Counted from the stretch's first letter, positions 27,423-36,625 are shown. The stretch: 56,801 nucleotides of DNA from a virus (IMGVR_UViG_3300037504_000230:1-56801), one strand, 5' to 3'. The notes: generated by a model from the letters alone, not told the origin. Numbers and translations are program-made.

Positions 27423-27977
27423 TTAGCTCCTGTCGTCCCGCACCAGGGCGTTGACCTCATCCGCGCCGATATGCTCCATGAGCACGTCAACCGGATTTAG
27501 CCAGCCGTCGCCACTCAGCCACTCACGAGTATAGGCGCGGCTGCGCATGTCTAGGTGTAGGTGGTCGCCTGTGCGCCAGTCGGCAAATGCGCCTAGCTTA
27601 TCGCCTGGCCCGACGTGCTCGCCTACACGAACCACTGGTGTGATGTGTGCATAGCGCATCCACAGGTCTGGCGCGTGCCGAACCACAACCATACCGACGC
27701 CCGACCAGTTATCGGTTACGTAGGCGACGTGGCCGGATGTGATCGCATAGACACTGAGGCCCAGCGTGCGCTCAATGTCACCACGCCCGCCGATCTCTAG
27801 GTTGATGTCGATGCCGGTGTGGACGGCTGGGTTGTGGAATTGCGCAACGTACCACAGTCGGGCCGGATAGTCCCACACAGGCACCGGCAGGACCCACCGT
27901 GACTGCTGCTCTAGCTCGCGTTGGTATTGCCATAGCTCACAGAGTTTTTCTAGTTGTTCGCCTAACCGTTGGTCCAT
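27423..27977 (-). CDS. M23 family peptidase (endolysin)
   Basis: HTGID, RYAH and HLH zinc motifs. Confidence 0.85.
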   Translation of the reverse strand: MDQRLGEQLEKLCELWQYQRELEQQSRWVLPVPVWDYPARLWYVAQFHNPAVHTGIDINLEIGGRGDIERTLGLSVYAITSGHVAYVTDNWSGVGMVVVRHAPDLWMRYAHITPVVRVGEHVGPGDKLGAFADWRTGDHLHLDMRSRAYTREWLSGDGWLNPVDVLMEHIGADEVNALVRDDRS

Positions 27978-28264
27978 TATTCCTCCAGTGCGCCATACCA
28001 GCGCAGGACATCCTCGGCGCGGTGGATAATAGGGATTGTGCCGCTGTCGTGGTTGAGCTGCTGTTGATCTGAGATCGGCGCGCCAGGGCGTTTTACCTCA
28101 AAGACTTGCCATTGCCCGCGCCAGTATACGAGAAGGTCGCCAGGACATTGCGAGTCCGGGACCGTGCTGATATCATATACGCCAGCACCGCACTGGCGCA
28201 ATGCATCCTCAATCACGGACTGGTTACGGTCGCGGCGGGCGTGCCAGTGCGGGCGGCCCATCAT
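27977..28264 (-). CDS. PD-(D/E)XK nuclease (VRR-NUC / resolvase-like)
   Basis: RDRNQ..I..AL, PGDLL...FEVK. Confidence 0.75.
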   Translation of the reverse strand: MMGRPHWHARRDRNQSVIEDALRQCGAGVYDISTVPDSQCPGDLLVYWRGQWQVFEVKRPGAPISDQQQLNHDSGTIPIIHRAEDVLRWYGALEE

Positions 28265-28638
28265 TCCTCTACATCGCCGATATAGTCAACGTGTACATCG
28301 CCGATATAGTCAACGTGAGCATGCTCGCCGGCGACCGAGTAGATATGAAGCTCCTCTGACAGATTGACGCCGCCCATGCCAACATTTCCACTTGTGCTAA
28401 TGGTTGTCTCTGGAGAACTATTGAATATCAGTTCATCCGAGTCATTCGAATAAATATAAATAAGATCTTCAGACTCCTCAAATGAAACGCTGGCGTCCTC
28501 AATGCTCCACACAGGCGGCCATACAATGTCGTATCCTTGCGTGCTGTCCTCTTCGCTCTCCTTGGCGTCCAAAGAGAACGGGACCAATGCGGATAGCGCG
28601 CACAATCCGACCGATTTTAAGAATTTTCTACGATTCAT
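28261..28638 (-). CDS. Acidic protein with a twin-arginine (Tat) signal peptide
   Basis: MNRRKFLKSVGLCALSALVPFSLDA. Confidence 0.65.
   Translation of the reverse strand: MNRRKFLKSVGLCALSALVPFSLDAKESEEDSTQGYDIVWPPVWSIEDASVSFEESEDLIYIYSNDSDELIFNSSPETTISTSGNVGMGGVNLSEELHIYSVAGEHAHVDYIGDVHVDYIGDVEE
28270..28317. repeat. 24-bp tandem duplication (HVDYIGDV x2)
   Basis: tacatcgccgatatagtcaacgtg repeated twice. Confidence 0.9.
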
Positions 28639-28657
28639 TACTTCGCCCCTCATTACT

Positions 28658-28897
28658 TCACCCCAATTCATCGATTGCCTTTCCGCAATACGGACAGAAG
28701 TTCGCGGCAGTCTCTGGTGTAGCGGCGGCGCTATCAAATGCGCCACTATCACGCCATGTGATATCATCACTAGTGATATTATAGATCCATAGCATAATGA
28801 AACATTTCCCACATGACGGGCACTGGATAAGAGGGAATATATGCGAGAGGTAAATCCCAGCCTCAGTCTTGCCTTTACTTACCCATGCGGCAGTCAT
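28658..28897 (-). CDS. Zinc-ribbon protein
   Basis: CPSCG...NFCPYCG. Confidence 0.65.
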   Translation of the reverse strand: MTAAWVSKGKTEAGIYLSHIFPLIQCPSCGKCFIMLWIYNITSDDITWRDSGAFDSAAATPETAANFCPYCGKAIDELG

Positions 28898-29070
28898 TAC
28901 TCCTCCTCGTATGCCGCTGCGTCATTCTCGATAGCGCGCGCCATGCATACGTTACAGATAAGTTTCCCGTCGTGGTAACTATCGGTGTCCACCACGGACA
29001 GTGGGAGATCGGCGTGCTTGCAGATAAAACAGCGCTTCTCGTCACCGTAACGTTCGCGTTCTTCAGTCAT
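28897..29070 (-). CDS. 57-aa C4 zinc-finger protein (not in the ORF track)
   Basis: MTEERERYGDEKRCFICK...ICNVCM; TAATG-coupled to the next gene. Confidence 0.6.
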   Translation of the reverse strand: MTEERERYGDEKRCFICKHADLPLSVVDTDSYHDGKLICNVCMARAIENDAAAYEEE

Positions 29071-29165
29071 AATTCAGAGAGGCGGGAGCAGCGGAGCTCC
29101 GCGCAAAGGAGGTGGGCCGATGTCTGCCCGTAAAAACGCAGTTCTCCACCCGCTCCCACACTCTC

Positions 29166-29453
29166 TTACTCCCGTCGCCGCGTGATTAAATAGGCGCTCT
29201 GATTAGCGATTAGCGCCTCGATAGCCAAAAACAGCAAGCCCAACGCGCCGTCACGGGTGCATCTCACAGATTCTAGTACCTCGGCGCAGGCCAGGCCAAA
29301 AACGACCGCGCTCACAATGAGAATGAGCGCGCCCATAACGAGTTGTTTGTAGCCGGACGTTAGTCGCTCGAATTGCTCACGTAGTCCAGGAATGTAGGAG
29401 AACGCCAGCGATAACGCAACGCCTGCGATTGATGCCAATTGCTCTGAAGTCAT
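29166..29453 (-). CDS. Holin-like membrane protein
   Basis: Three hydrophobic segments; LSLAFSYIPGL...ANQSAY; AAGGAGG RBS; first gene of the lysis-containing unit. Confidence 0.65.
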   Translation of the reverse strand: MTSEQLASIAGVALSLAFSYIPGLREQFERLTSGYKQLVMGALILIVSAVVFGLACAEVLESVRCTRDGALGLLFLAIEALIANQSAYLITRRRE

Positions 29454-29482
29454 ACACACCTCCTTCGTTGGTTTACACCCTC

Positions 29483-29511
29483 AGTATACCATAGTTGTCA
29501 AGGGAGTGCAA
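29483..29511 (-). promoter_or_regulatory. Sigma70-type promoter for the holin/lysis unit
   Basis: TTGCAC-17 bp-TATACT with a TG extension. Confidence 0.6.
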
Positions 29512-29547
29512 ATAAAAACGGGCGCGTGACGTGAATCACACGCGCCC
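29511..29547 (-). terminator. Intrinsic terminator ending the replication/ParM operon
   Basis: GGGCGCGTG...CACGCGCCC then GTTTTTATTT. Confidence 0.75.
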
Positions 29548-29567
29548 TGGCGCCGGTTAGAAGTCAG

Positions 29568-29894
29568 CTAACTGAGTAGGTCCGGCGGAACGTATGCCCA
29601 GTGGGTGTAGCGACACGCCCGCAGTAACCGCGCCATATCCCCCTGGAATGGACCGGCACAATGCCCTGCCCCTTTGCGTCGGTACACGATAATTCCCGCG
29701 TCGTAGTCCGGCATCGCCTCGTCCCACGTATGAAAGAATACAGCCCTGGATGTAAGTAGCGCCGTGTTTTTCTGGTCACGGCGGCGCAACTCCTCATTTT
29801 CGCGGACGAGACCCTCGACAAACTCGACGTGCTCTGGGAATAATACACGTATCAACCGAGTCTTCAGCCAAGTCTTGATACATACCCTCCACAT
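29568..29894 (-). CDS. Hypothetical protein
   Basis: AGGAGGT RBS before MWRVC; C-terminal THWAY. Confidence 0.6.
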   Translation of the reverse strand: MWRVCIKTWLKTRLIRVLFPEHVEFVEGLVRENEELRRRDQKNTALLTSRAVFFHTWDEAMPDYDAGIIVYRRKGAGHCAGPFQGDMARLLRACRYTHWAYVPPDLLS

Positions 29895-29895
29895 A

Positions 29896-30885
29896 TCATA
29901 CCTCCTTATCCTTGAATACATGCTCTATCGACTTCCAAAACCCTACGGCGTTCGCCGCCCACGGGTTTGTCACCAGTCTGCTATTGGGATGCCATGCCCG
30001 TAACCGCGTCAATATCGCCGATGCGCCACCGCCGCTCACAAGGTGATGTCTGACGCTGGCGCGGTCACTCACCTTGTTGTCTAACTCGGCGATAACTAGC
30101 GTGCTAAGCGTGTCTAGCGCGGCGTTAATCGTTTTTACCGCGCTGACCTCCTTATCGTAAACCGTGAACGTCTGACGGCGACCGACTAGGGCCGCCTCGG
30201 CGCCCGCGTAGTCCAGGCGGCGCCCGTGGTCGCTGGCGAACACTTGTATTGAGCGCACGATGTCGCTCATGCCGTGCTCGATGCTGCCAGACGAATCGCC
30301 GACATAGCGCACACCAGCGCCTTCGTAATGGTCCACGGTCGCGAAGTCGGTTGTATACGTGCCGATGTCTGTTGCAACTGTTCGCCCGCGCAGTGGATGC
30401 GACTGGCCCTCATCGTCTACTGTGACGCTGAAGTAGCTCCCGACCGGCTGTGGCAGAATTAGCGGGATAGCTACGCGTACATCGTGCTCCGTACCGTTAT
30501 ACGTGAATCGATAGCGGCCCTCAAGGTCGCGGCGCGCCGCTGCCTTATTTGCATCGTTATAATAGAGCGTTGGAAGTCCGACGCACAGCGCGACATCACC
30601 GCGTATGCCTAGCCTACCTAACGCGGTTAGCATCAGGACCCGCATGAGGTGCGCATCCCGGCGCTCACCGAAGTGCATCAGCGCATCGGTAGCGGCCTGC
30701 TCGCGTGCGTAGTCGCCGATAAACCACGACTGGTCGCCGAGCGCTAGGGTGTCGCCGCCGTTACCTAGCGTGAAGTGGATGTCGTGGGCGGGCGCGGCGG
30801 TGGACGGGAAGTGCACGAGGCGCTTGCCGTCGTATGCCTTGACGTAGCCGTTGCCGATGTCAAGGCCGACTTTAGTCGTTGTCAT
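29896..30885 (-). CDS. parM: ParM/StbA actin-like partition ATPase
   Basis: GLDIGNGYVK (phosphate 1), VGLP, PQPVG, DIGTYTTD (phosphate 2), VSGGGA, ANAVGF. Confidence 0.88.
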   Translation of the reverse strand: MTTTKVGLDIGNGYVKAYDGKRLVHFPSTAAPAHDIHFTLGNGGDTLALGDQSWFIGDYAREQAATDALMHFGERRDAHLMRVLMLTALGRLGIRGDVALCVGLPTLYYNDANKAAARRDLEGRYRFTYNGTEHDVRVAIPLILPQPVGSYFSVTVDDEGQSHPLRGRTVATDIGTYTTDFATVDHYEGAGVRYVGDSSGSIEHGMSDIVRSIQVFASDHGRRLDYAGAEAALVGRRQTFTVYDKEVSAVKTINAALDTLSTLVIAELDNKVSDRASVRHHLVSGGGASAILTRLRAWHPNSRLVTNPWAANAVGFWKSIEHVFKDKEV

Positions 30886-31648
30886 GGCTGACCTCCTCTG
30901 TCGGGCGCAGGCGCAATGTATCGCGCCAGTCAATACCCAACTCATCCAGTGGGATAGTAGTGGAGTAACTCACCTCACAGGCCCGCGCGTACCACGTCGA
31001 CTGCGTCGCCCTCGGCCTCTTTGAGCACCACCACGCCCGCCCATCAGCATCAACCGACCATGCCACCGCGTCCTCCGGTGCCTCATCCCAGTCGGGTGCG
31101 TACTCGCCAAGCGGGTCCTGGCGCACCGTTACCATGCGGCAGCGGCAGTTCGTAAACGGCCAACCCGATACGCCAAGGCGGGTTGGCTCATCAGCTGCCC
31201 GGCGGTCCCACGCGGCCCAGGCTGCGTCCAGCCGGCTATAGACGGCGGTCTTGACATCACACCCGCCGCAGCGCACATAGGTCTGGCCTGGTATACCATC
31301 GGCGTATGCTGTTCCTCCGCAGAACGGACAGCGCTTATGCTCGTGCTCACCTAGTGGATTTGCGCTCTCCAGTGCTTCGATCATCGCAGCCTCGACCTCG
31401 TCAAGGCGCGTCTGGGCGCGGAGTAACTCAACGGCAGCCTTGCCTAGCCTAATATCTATACGCAGAGCGTAGTCCATAACCACGCTGATATTATGCGTTA
31501 TGGCCCTCGCGTCTTGATCCTCCATTGAATCGGCCAAATCTAGAACAGCGTCCTTCATGTCGCCAGTATCGGCGCGCACTTTAGTCAGCGCCATTTGCGC
31601 GTCGGACATTGCGTTCTGTGTTGCGCTCATACCTAGGACCTCAGTCAC
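30872..31648 (-). CDS. Mosaic protein with a Lar-like zinc ribbon
   Basis: CPFCG..C..C..AAWDRR; C-terminal PDW..APE.A..W..DADG.A.W module. Confidence 0.65.
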   Translation of the reverse strand: MTEVLGMSATQNAMSDAQMALTKVRADTGDMKDAVLDLADSMEDQDARAITHNISVVMDYALRIDIRLGKAAVELLRAQTRLDEVEAAMIEALESANPLGEHEHKRCPFCGGTAYADGIPGQTYVRCGGCDVKTAVYSRLDAAWAAWDRRAADEPTRLGVSGWPFTNCRCRMVTVRQDPLGEYAPDWDEAPEDAVAWSVDADGRAWWCSKRPRATQSTWYARACEVSYSTTIPLDELGIDWRDTLRLRPTEEVSHDND

Positions 31649-32043
31649 CGCCCACCTCCCCGCGCGTACAGCCACGCCTCAGTCAGTTTGCACCAGCGGT
31701 AGGCCGCGCGCTCATCAGCCTCCCATCCGGCGGCGTCGCGACGCACCGTCTTCAGAAGGTCACGTAGCGCCCTAACATCACCGTCACGCTCGACAACGAG
31801 CGCCTCCTGCGCAGTGCGCTCGGCGGCGTTCTTGCCGTTGATATCGCCGTTCTCATATGCGACGGCGATGGCCATGGCCTCGGCGCGCTCTAACGCCTCC
31901 TCGACTTGCGCTAACTGGACATGCCCATCCTGCGCCGCCTTTATGGCGCGCTCATAATCTGTAGCTAGCTCCCTAATATAGTCGAGGGTCACACCCTCGG
32001 CAAGTTGTCCTTCTTTACTTAATACCACTCTTTGCTCCATCAT
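31645..32043 (-). CDS. Helical hypothetical protein
   Basis: AGGAG RBS; INGKNAAER motif. Confidence 0.7.
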   Translation of the reverse strand: MMEQRVVLSKEGQLAEGVTLDYIRELATDYERAIKAAQDGHVQLAQVEEALERAEAMAIAVAYENGDINGKNAAERTAQEALVVERDGDVRALRDLLKTVRRDAAGWEADERAAYRWCKLTEAWLYARGGGR

Positions 32044-32083
32044 TTCTCCTTATCCCTCCCACCCGCCCTATTTTAAGATTTAC

Positions 32084-32476
32084 CTAAAATGGAATTACTC
32101 CGTCGTCTCCATAGTCTTTTTCGTAGTCGTTGTCATCTAGTTCCTCAGGTGGCCTCTTGCCACCCAGGAACTTGACGGTGTAGGCGCTGACCTCATACGA
32201 GGCGCGCGCCTGCCCATCGTTGCCGGTCCAGATACGCGGTCCGCCCGTGGACTTATCCGGCGTCAGGCGGCCATCGACTAGAACGAGGCTACCCTTACTC
32301 AGATACTGATTACATGTCTCTGCCTGGCGGTTCCATGCGCTGACGCGGAACCAGGTTGTCTCGTCCTGGCCCGTGTTGGCGGCCACGCTGAGCGTTGTGA
32401 CAGGCGCACCCTGGGCGGTATAGCGAAGCTCAGGGTCGCGGCCTAAATAGCCTACGATTGTGATTTTACTATACAT
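32084..32476 (-). CDS. ssb: Single-stranded DNA-binding protein
   Basis: GYLGRDPELRYT, WFRVSAW, KGSLVLVDGRL, acidic tail ending IPF. Confidence 0.95.
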   Translation of the reverse strand: MYSKITIVGYLGRDPELRYTAQGAPVTTLSVAANTGQDETTWFRVSAWNRQAETCNQYLSKGSLVLVDGRLTPDKSTGGPRIWTGNDGQARASYEVSAYTVKFLGGKRPPEELDDNDYEKDYGDDGVIPF

Positions 32477-32487
32477 AATTCTCCTTT

Positions 32488-32514
32488 CGAGGGCGGGTTA
32501 ACAGCCCGCCCTCG
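32488..32514. terminator. GC-rich hairpin between erf and ssb
   Basis: CGAGGGCGGG-ttaacag-CCCGCCCTCG; no clear U-tract. Confidence 0.4.
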
Positions 32515-32543
32515 CATTGTAGTTCTCATCATCCACAGGTTTA

Positions 32544-33317
32544 TTACCAGGCGGCCGGCGCATCTGCCGAAGCCTCATCAGGTTGGTTCTCGCCGTCACC
32601 CACATCCGGTCCGGCGGTGGGAGGTTGCGACATTACCGCCGCGTACTGGTCTAGCAACGAATGCGCAACCGCCTTACTGCCATCGAAGTCCTTCACACTC
32701 TCAACGTCCAGGGCCTCGTGAACTTGGTCGCGGCTGAGGCCGATCTTCTTCGCATATGCCCAGAACTTCTTACGCACATTGTCGTGTGTAATCCAGTGGG
32801 CCGGCTTGGACTTCGACTCCTGCCCTTCCTGTGGTGGAGGCGGCTGCTGCTGGCGTTTGTGTGGACGTCGGCGTTGCTGGTTACCTTGTGGCGCGCCGTC
32901 TGTGTCCTCATCAGACGCTAGTCCCAACATCGCCGTCAGTGCGTAGCGGCGCGCGTAGGTGATAGCCGCGCCGAACTGCTGAGCTGCGGACGACTTGCCG
33001 CTCAGCGTCGTCGGGACGATCTCTGTATGACACGTGAGTGTTTGCCCACTCTCGTGCATAAGGATTGTCACAAGGTCGCTGCTACCGACGACTAACTGCG
33101 CAAACGCCAGTCCGTGCTCCTTCAGGGTTGGGCGCACGGCCTCAACCACGCTGGCGAGGGTGGCGTACTTGTAATTATATCCACTAGCGTCTTTCCCGAT
33201 GGTCGGGAACTCCGCCTGTGCCGCAATTAGCGCAGGTATGATCTTATCCCGTTCCGCACTAAACGGGCTCGACAGCATACTTATAACCTCGCCTGTATTC
33301 TCATCATATTGCATCAT
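32544..33317 (-). CDS. erf: ERF family ssDNA annealing recombinase
   Basis: YKYATL, L.HESG, QQFGAAITYARRY.L..M.G...ED.DG. Confidence 0.9.
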   Translation of the reverse strand: MMQYDENTGEVISMLSSPFSAERDKIIPALIAAQAEFPTIGKDASGYNYKYATLASVVEAVRPTLKEHGLAFAQLVVGSSDLVTILMHESGQTLTCHTEIVPTTLSGKSSAAQQFGAAITYARRYALTAMLGLASDEDTDGAPQGNQQRRRPHKRQQQPPPPQEGQESKSKPAHWITHDNVRKKFWAYAKKIGLSRDQVHEALDVESVKDFDGSKAVAHSLLDQYAAVMSQPPTAGPDVGDGENQPDEASADAPAAW

Positions 33318-33318
33318 T

Positions 33319-33708
33319 CTACTCCTTTAGCAGCCCTTTAGCTGCCATAAACTCATCAACTGACCCGTGCTCCGCTCTTATAGTTCCTGCGGCTGGCGTA
33401 TCCCCTAGTGCGTCATTATCCTCCAGCGTATCAAGCATCTTGTCGAGGGCGCGCGCAAACTTACTCGCGCTGGCGCTCTTAGCGCTAAACTGCGCCGCGA
33501 ACTGGCGCGTGAAGTCGAGGGCCTGCATGCCGATATATTTCAGCGGCACCCCCTCGCTGTCGGCGTCAGTAATGTGAAAAACGAACACGCGCGCCGCGTT
33601 GCGACTAATATTAAAAACGTAGTTAATGCCGGTCGAGGTGTCAAATGCCTCAACCTGGCTAACGTCCAACTCCTTAAGATATCGCTCACTCTCTGTTACT
33701 ATCAACAT
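33319..33708 (-). CDS. Hypothetical protein
   Basis: GGAGG RBS; downstream of a TATACT promoter at ~33747. Confidence 0.7.
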   Translation of the reverse strand: MLIVTESERYLKELDVSQVEAFDTSTGINYVFNISRNAARVFVFHITDADSEGVPLKYIGMQALDFTRQFAAQFSAKSASASKFARALDKMLDTLEDNDALGDTPAAGTIRAEHGSVDEFMAAKGLLKE

Positions 33709-33812
33709 CCGTATTGCCTCCCTTTGTTCTCGCTTAGTTGTCTACAGTATACCTCGGCGTCACGCGAATATCTATGTCGAATGTCCATATCTCACGTGAC
33801 GTTCGTCTCTAT

Positions 33813-35210
33813 CTAGCGCTGCTCCATAAACGCCTCGCGAATGCGGACCATGTCCTCGCGGCGCATGTCCAGCAGTTGCGCCGACTCCGTGAACCAGAAG
33901 GGTACTTTTTTACCCTGGCCTAATCCGTACCTGTCCTTAAGGACCACGAGGATCCATAGCCGCTCGAACTCCTCTTGCGACAGTGACGGCGGGCGGGACA
34001 TCCCGGCCCGATGCGGTCGCCAGATTGCCATGAGGCGGTCCGCGTTCTGCTCCGGCCCGCTAGTCCCATAGCTATCACCGGGCTGCGGCAGAGCGTTCGG
34101 GCGGGCGCGCAGTCGTTTGTCGCTCATCTGATGTGGAACGATGATCTCGGTCCGCAGGCGTAGGGCGCATAACTTTAGCTGGCGTAGGATCTCGGCGAGG
34201 TGGTAGTGCATCTCACTGCGGCCTGTGTCGCCCTTCACGAGGCCAAGGTAGTCCACGCCCCACATAGCGACGGGGTCCGGCCCACGCGCCTCACGCTCCA
34301 TCGTGGCGATGATCTCGCTGATGTTCTGCGACGGGTATATCGAGATCGGGTACTCGCGGATCTCGCTGTGCCAGTAGTATAACCGGCGCAATTTATCATC
34401 CGGGACGTGCCCGCTCTCAGCTTCCCATGGCGTGATACCGGCGGCCTGTAATAGCGCGCGCTCCGCTAGGGAATCCTCGCTCATCTCCAGTGAGAATATC
34501 CCTACACGGCGGCCTGTCTTGGCGACATTGAGCAATGCCAGCCATAGGAACGCCGTCTTGCCGTCAGCGGGCAATCCGAGAACAACGGATAACTCGCCGC
34601 GTTGTGGATACCAACCACCTAGCGCACGGTTGAGGTTGGCCCAACCAGTGTTAATGCCGCGCGTCTCGGTGCGCAGGTCAATTGGATTCTTGATATTCTC
34701 CTCGATGCGCGCCAGTACACGGTTTGCGGACTCTCTGATCTCGACACCCTGGTCGCCCGGCGATGCCTCACGTAGGTTCGTAGCGGCGTTGTTCAGCGCC
34801 TCACCGATGGGCTTCTCGGCATTAAACGCATCGCGGCTCAACGCCTGCGCGGCGTCCAGCGCCCGACGGCGGAGGGTGTAGTCGCGCAGGCGGTCCTTGA
34901 GTTGCTGCGGATTAGCATGGTATAGCAGGCGGTCATTCATGAGGCCACCCACGAACGCCATGCCCCCCACACGCTCCAACTCGCCCACGCGATCCAACTC
35001 ATCGGACAACGTGACGAAGTCAATGCGCTCACCGCAGTCGACTAGCATCGTGATAATGTGCCATAGAATACGGTGGCGCGCCTCAGTAAAGTCGTCGGCC
35101 TCGATGGCGGCGGGTGGCGTCAGTAGCGCCATGAGCTGTTGTGTATCACCCGCTAAGGCGAGGGTTAGGACTTGACGCTCCAGGTCAACGTTAGTTAGCG
35201 TTGGTTGCAT
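33813..35210 (-). CDS. dnaB: Replicative DnaB-like helicase
   Basis: GLPADGKT Walker A, FSLEMS, VDYLGL, EQNAD, KDRYG. Confidence 0.9.
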   Translation of the reverse strand: MQPTLTNVDLERQVLTLALAGDTQQLMALLTPPAAIEADDFTEARHRILWHIITMLVDCGERIDFVTLSDELDRVGELERVGGMAFVGGLMNDRLLYHANPQQLKDRLRDYTLRRRALDAAQALSRDAFNAEKPIGEALNNAATNLREASPGDQGVEIRESANRVLARIEENIKNPIDLRTETRGINTGWANLNRALGGWYPQRGELSVVLGLPADGKTAFLWLALLNVAKTGRRVGIFSLEMSEDSLAERALLQAAGITPWEAESGHVPDDKLRRLYYWHSEIREYPISIYPSQNISEIIATMEREARGPDPVAMWGVDYLGLVKGDTGRSEMHYHLAEILRQLKLCALRLRTEIIVPHQMSDKRLRARPNALPQPGDSYGTSGPEQNADRLMAIWRPHRAGMSRPPSLSQEEFERLWILVVLKDRYGLGQGKKVPFWFTESAQLLDMRREDMVRIREAFMEQR

Positions 35211-35406
35211 TATTTAGATCCTCCCATGTTCGAACTCTGTCAGCATTCGGGCAGCTATAGCGCGTACAAATATAGCGCCAGTTCTCCATCCGTAGCAGCT
35301 TCGCGCCGCAAGCCGGACATCTGTAATAATGTCTACGCTCGCCCCACGCCCGCGCCTTGCCTGAGATCAACTTGGCGAATGCATCAACCAGCCTCTCATC
35401 CATCAC
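35191..35406 (-). CDS. Zinc-ribbon protein
   Basis: CPACG...C..YSC. Confidence 0.55.
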   Translation of the reverse strand: MMDERLVDAFAKLISGKARAWGERRHYYRCPACGAKLLRMENWRYICTRYSCPNADRVRTWEDLNNATNAN

Positions 35407-35684
35407 TTACCATCCCGCATCCATAAGCGCAGCCGCCTGACATCGCGCTCCTCTGGGCAGTCACCCTCTGTATCGCATAGTTCTATCACGCTCAGCGAAT
35501 ATACATCGCCGATGTATATTCGCTCGCCATCCAATGTGAATTCCTGCGCCGGGCCGTTCGTCGGCTGCGTGAACTTCATTGCCAGAATCGGTATAATCCT
35601 GAACTGCGGCAGGTTCTCGCAAATTCTACGGCCCTTCCATCCGACGCATAGTCTATATTTATGGTTTTCGTTTTTCTCGTACAT
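35403..35684 (-). CDS. Hypothetical protein
   Basis: GGAGG RBS; operon packing. Confidence 0.55.
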   Translation of the reverse strand: MYEKNENHKYRLCVGWKGRRICENLPQFRIIPILAMKFTQPTNGPAQEFTLDGERIYIGDVYSLSVIELCDTEGDCPEERDVRRLRLWMRDGK

Positions 35685-35985
35685 CGTTTACCTCCCCATG
35701 GCTACCCGCTAGCCATGCCATGTATAACTCCCACCGGCTCTCTGCATTAGCTACCCGCCACCTGTAATGGTTAACGCTCGCTGATGCCGCCTCTCTCTCC
35801 TCTTTCAGTAGACAGGAGTCACGATACTCAATGGCGTCATCGAGACATGCGCGCGTATGGGCTAACTCGTGCAGCGCTCTAAATGCCGCCTCAAATAAGG
35901 CGCGCTCTCGTCCCTCTAGGTATTCCAGATACGCCTTATCGTGATCCGTCATCATGGCCATAGCCATGCTGTGCTCCTTCATCAT
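35659..35985 (-). CDS. Hypothetical helical protein
   Basis: GGAGG RBS; operon packing. Confidence 0.6.
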   Translation of the reverse strand: MMKEHSMAMAMMTDHDKAYLEYLEGRERALFEAAFRALHELAHTRACLDDAIEYRDSCLLKEEREAASASVNHYRWRVANAESRWELYMAWLAGSHGEVNDVREKRKP

Positions 35986-36000
35986 TCGCCTCCTCGCCGT

Positions 36001-36606
36001 CTAGGCCCATGGCGATGACCTCACCCGCAGCCACTTGCACAGCCGTCCGATATCACGTTCCTCCGGCGGAAATACAGGCAGACCGATGGCAGCGAAGAAA
36101 CTTTCCTCCGTGGGCGTGGGGATAACCTGCCGTCCTTGCGGTGTCATCCTCCATAGGTCGCCGTCTCGCATAAACATATCCGTAGGCATACAACCTATGG
36201 CCCACTCCGCGTCGCTTCGTGTTACGACGGCCCGCATAAAATCAGCGGAGCCAGTGCGCAGCGCATAAATGAGTCCCCAGTTATCACGTTCTGCCCGGAA
36301 CAGCTCGATAGCCACGCCGTCCTTAACGAGACGCTTATACTTCGGGCCGTTTCGCTTAATGTGGCTATCGAGCTCCCAGTAACCACCCCTAATGAGGTGG
36401 GTGACCCTCCCCTCAGTCGCCGGGACCTGCGCGACCTCGAATAGGTTGACCTCCTGCTCCTCATAGAGCGGAACGTACACGATTTCGATGTCCTTCACCT
36501 CCGCCTTGAGGCGCCGGATGCTACCAGCGATTGCTATCTGCTCGCAGGCGGCCCCAAAGTAGTATATGACGTTGCGCGCGATTTGTCGCGCTCTTTCTAG
36601 CTCCAT
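36001..36606 (-). CDS. Minimal DNA polymerase X-family nucleotidyltransferase
   Basis: AGSIRR...KDIEIV, RTGSADF, TEESFF.AIGL....PEER. Confidence 0.85.
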   Translation of the reverse strand: MELERARQIARNVIYYFGAACEQIAIAGSIRRLKAEVKDIEIVYVPLYEEQEVNLFEVAQVPATEGRVTHLIRGGYWELDSHIKRNGPKYKRLVKDGVAIELFRAERDNWGLIYALRTGSADFMRAVVTRSDAEWAIGCMPTDMFMRDGDLWRMTPQGRQVIPTPTEESFFAAIGLPVFPPEERDIGRLCKWLRVRSSPWA

Positions 36607-36625
36607 TATTTACCTCCTCGCACTC

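Noticed and set aside
26071-31339. 143-bp diverged repeat pair as a DGR template/variable repeat
   Set aside because: Mismatches are not adenine-specific, both copies are coding, and no reverse transcriptase is present
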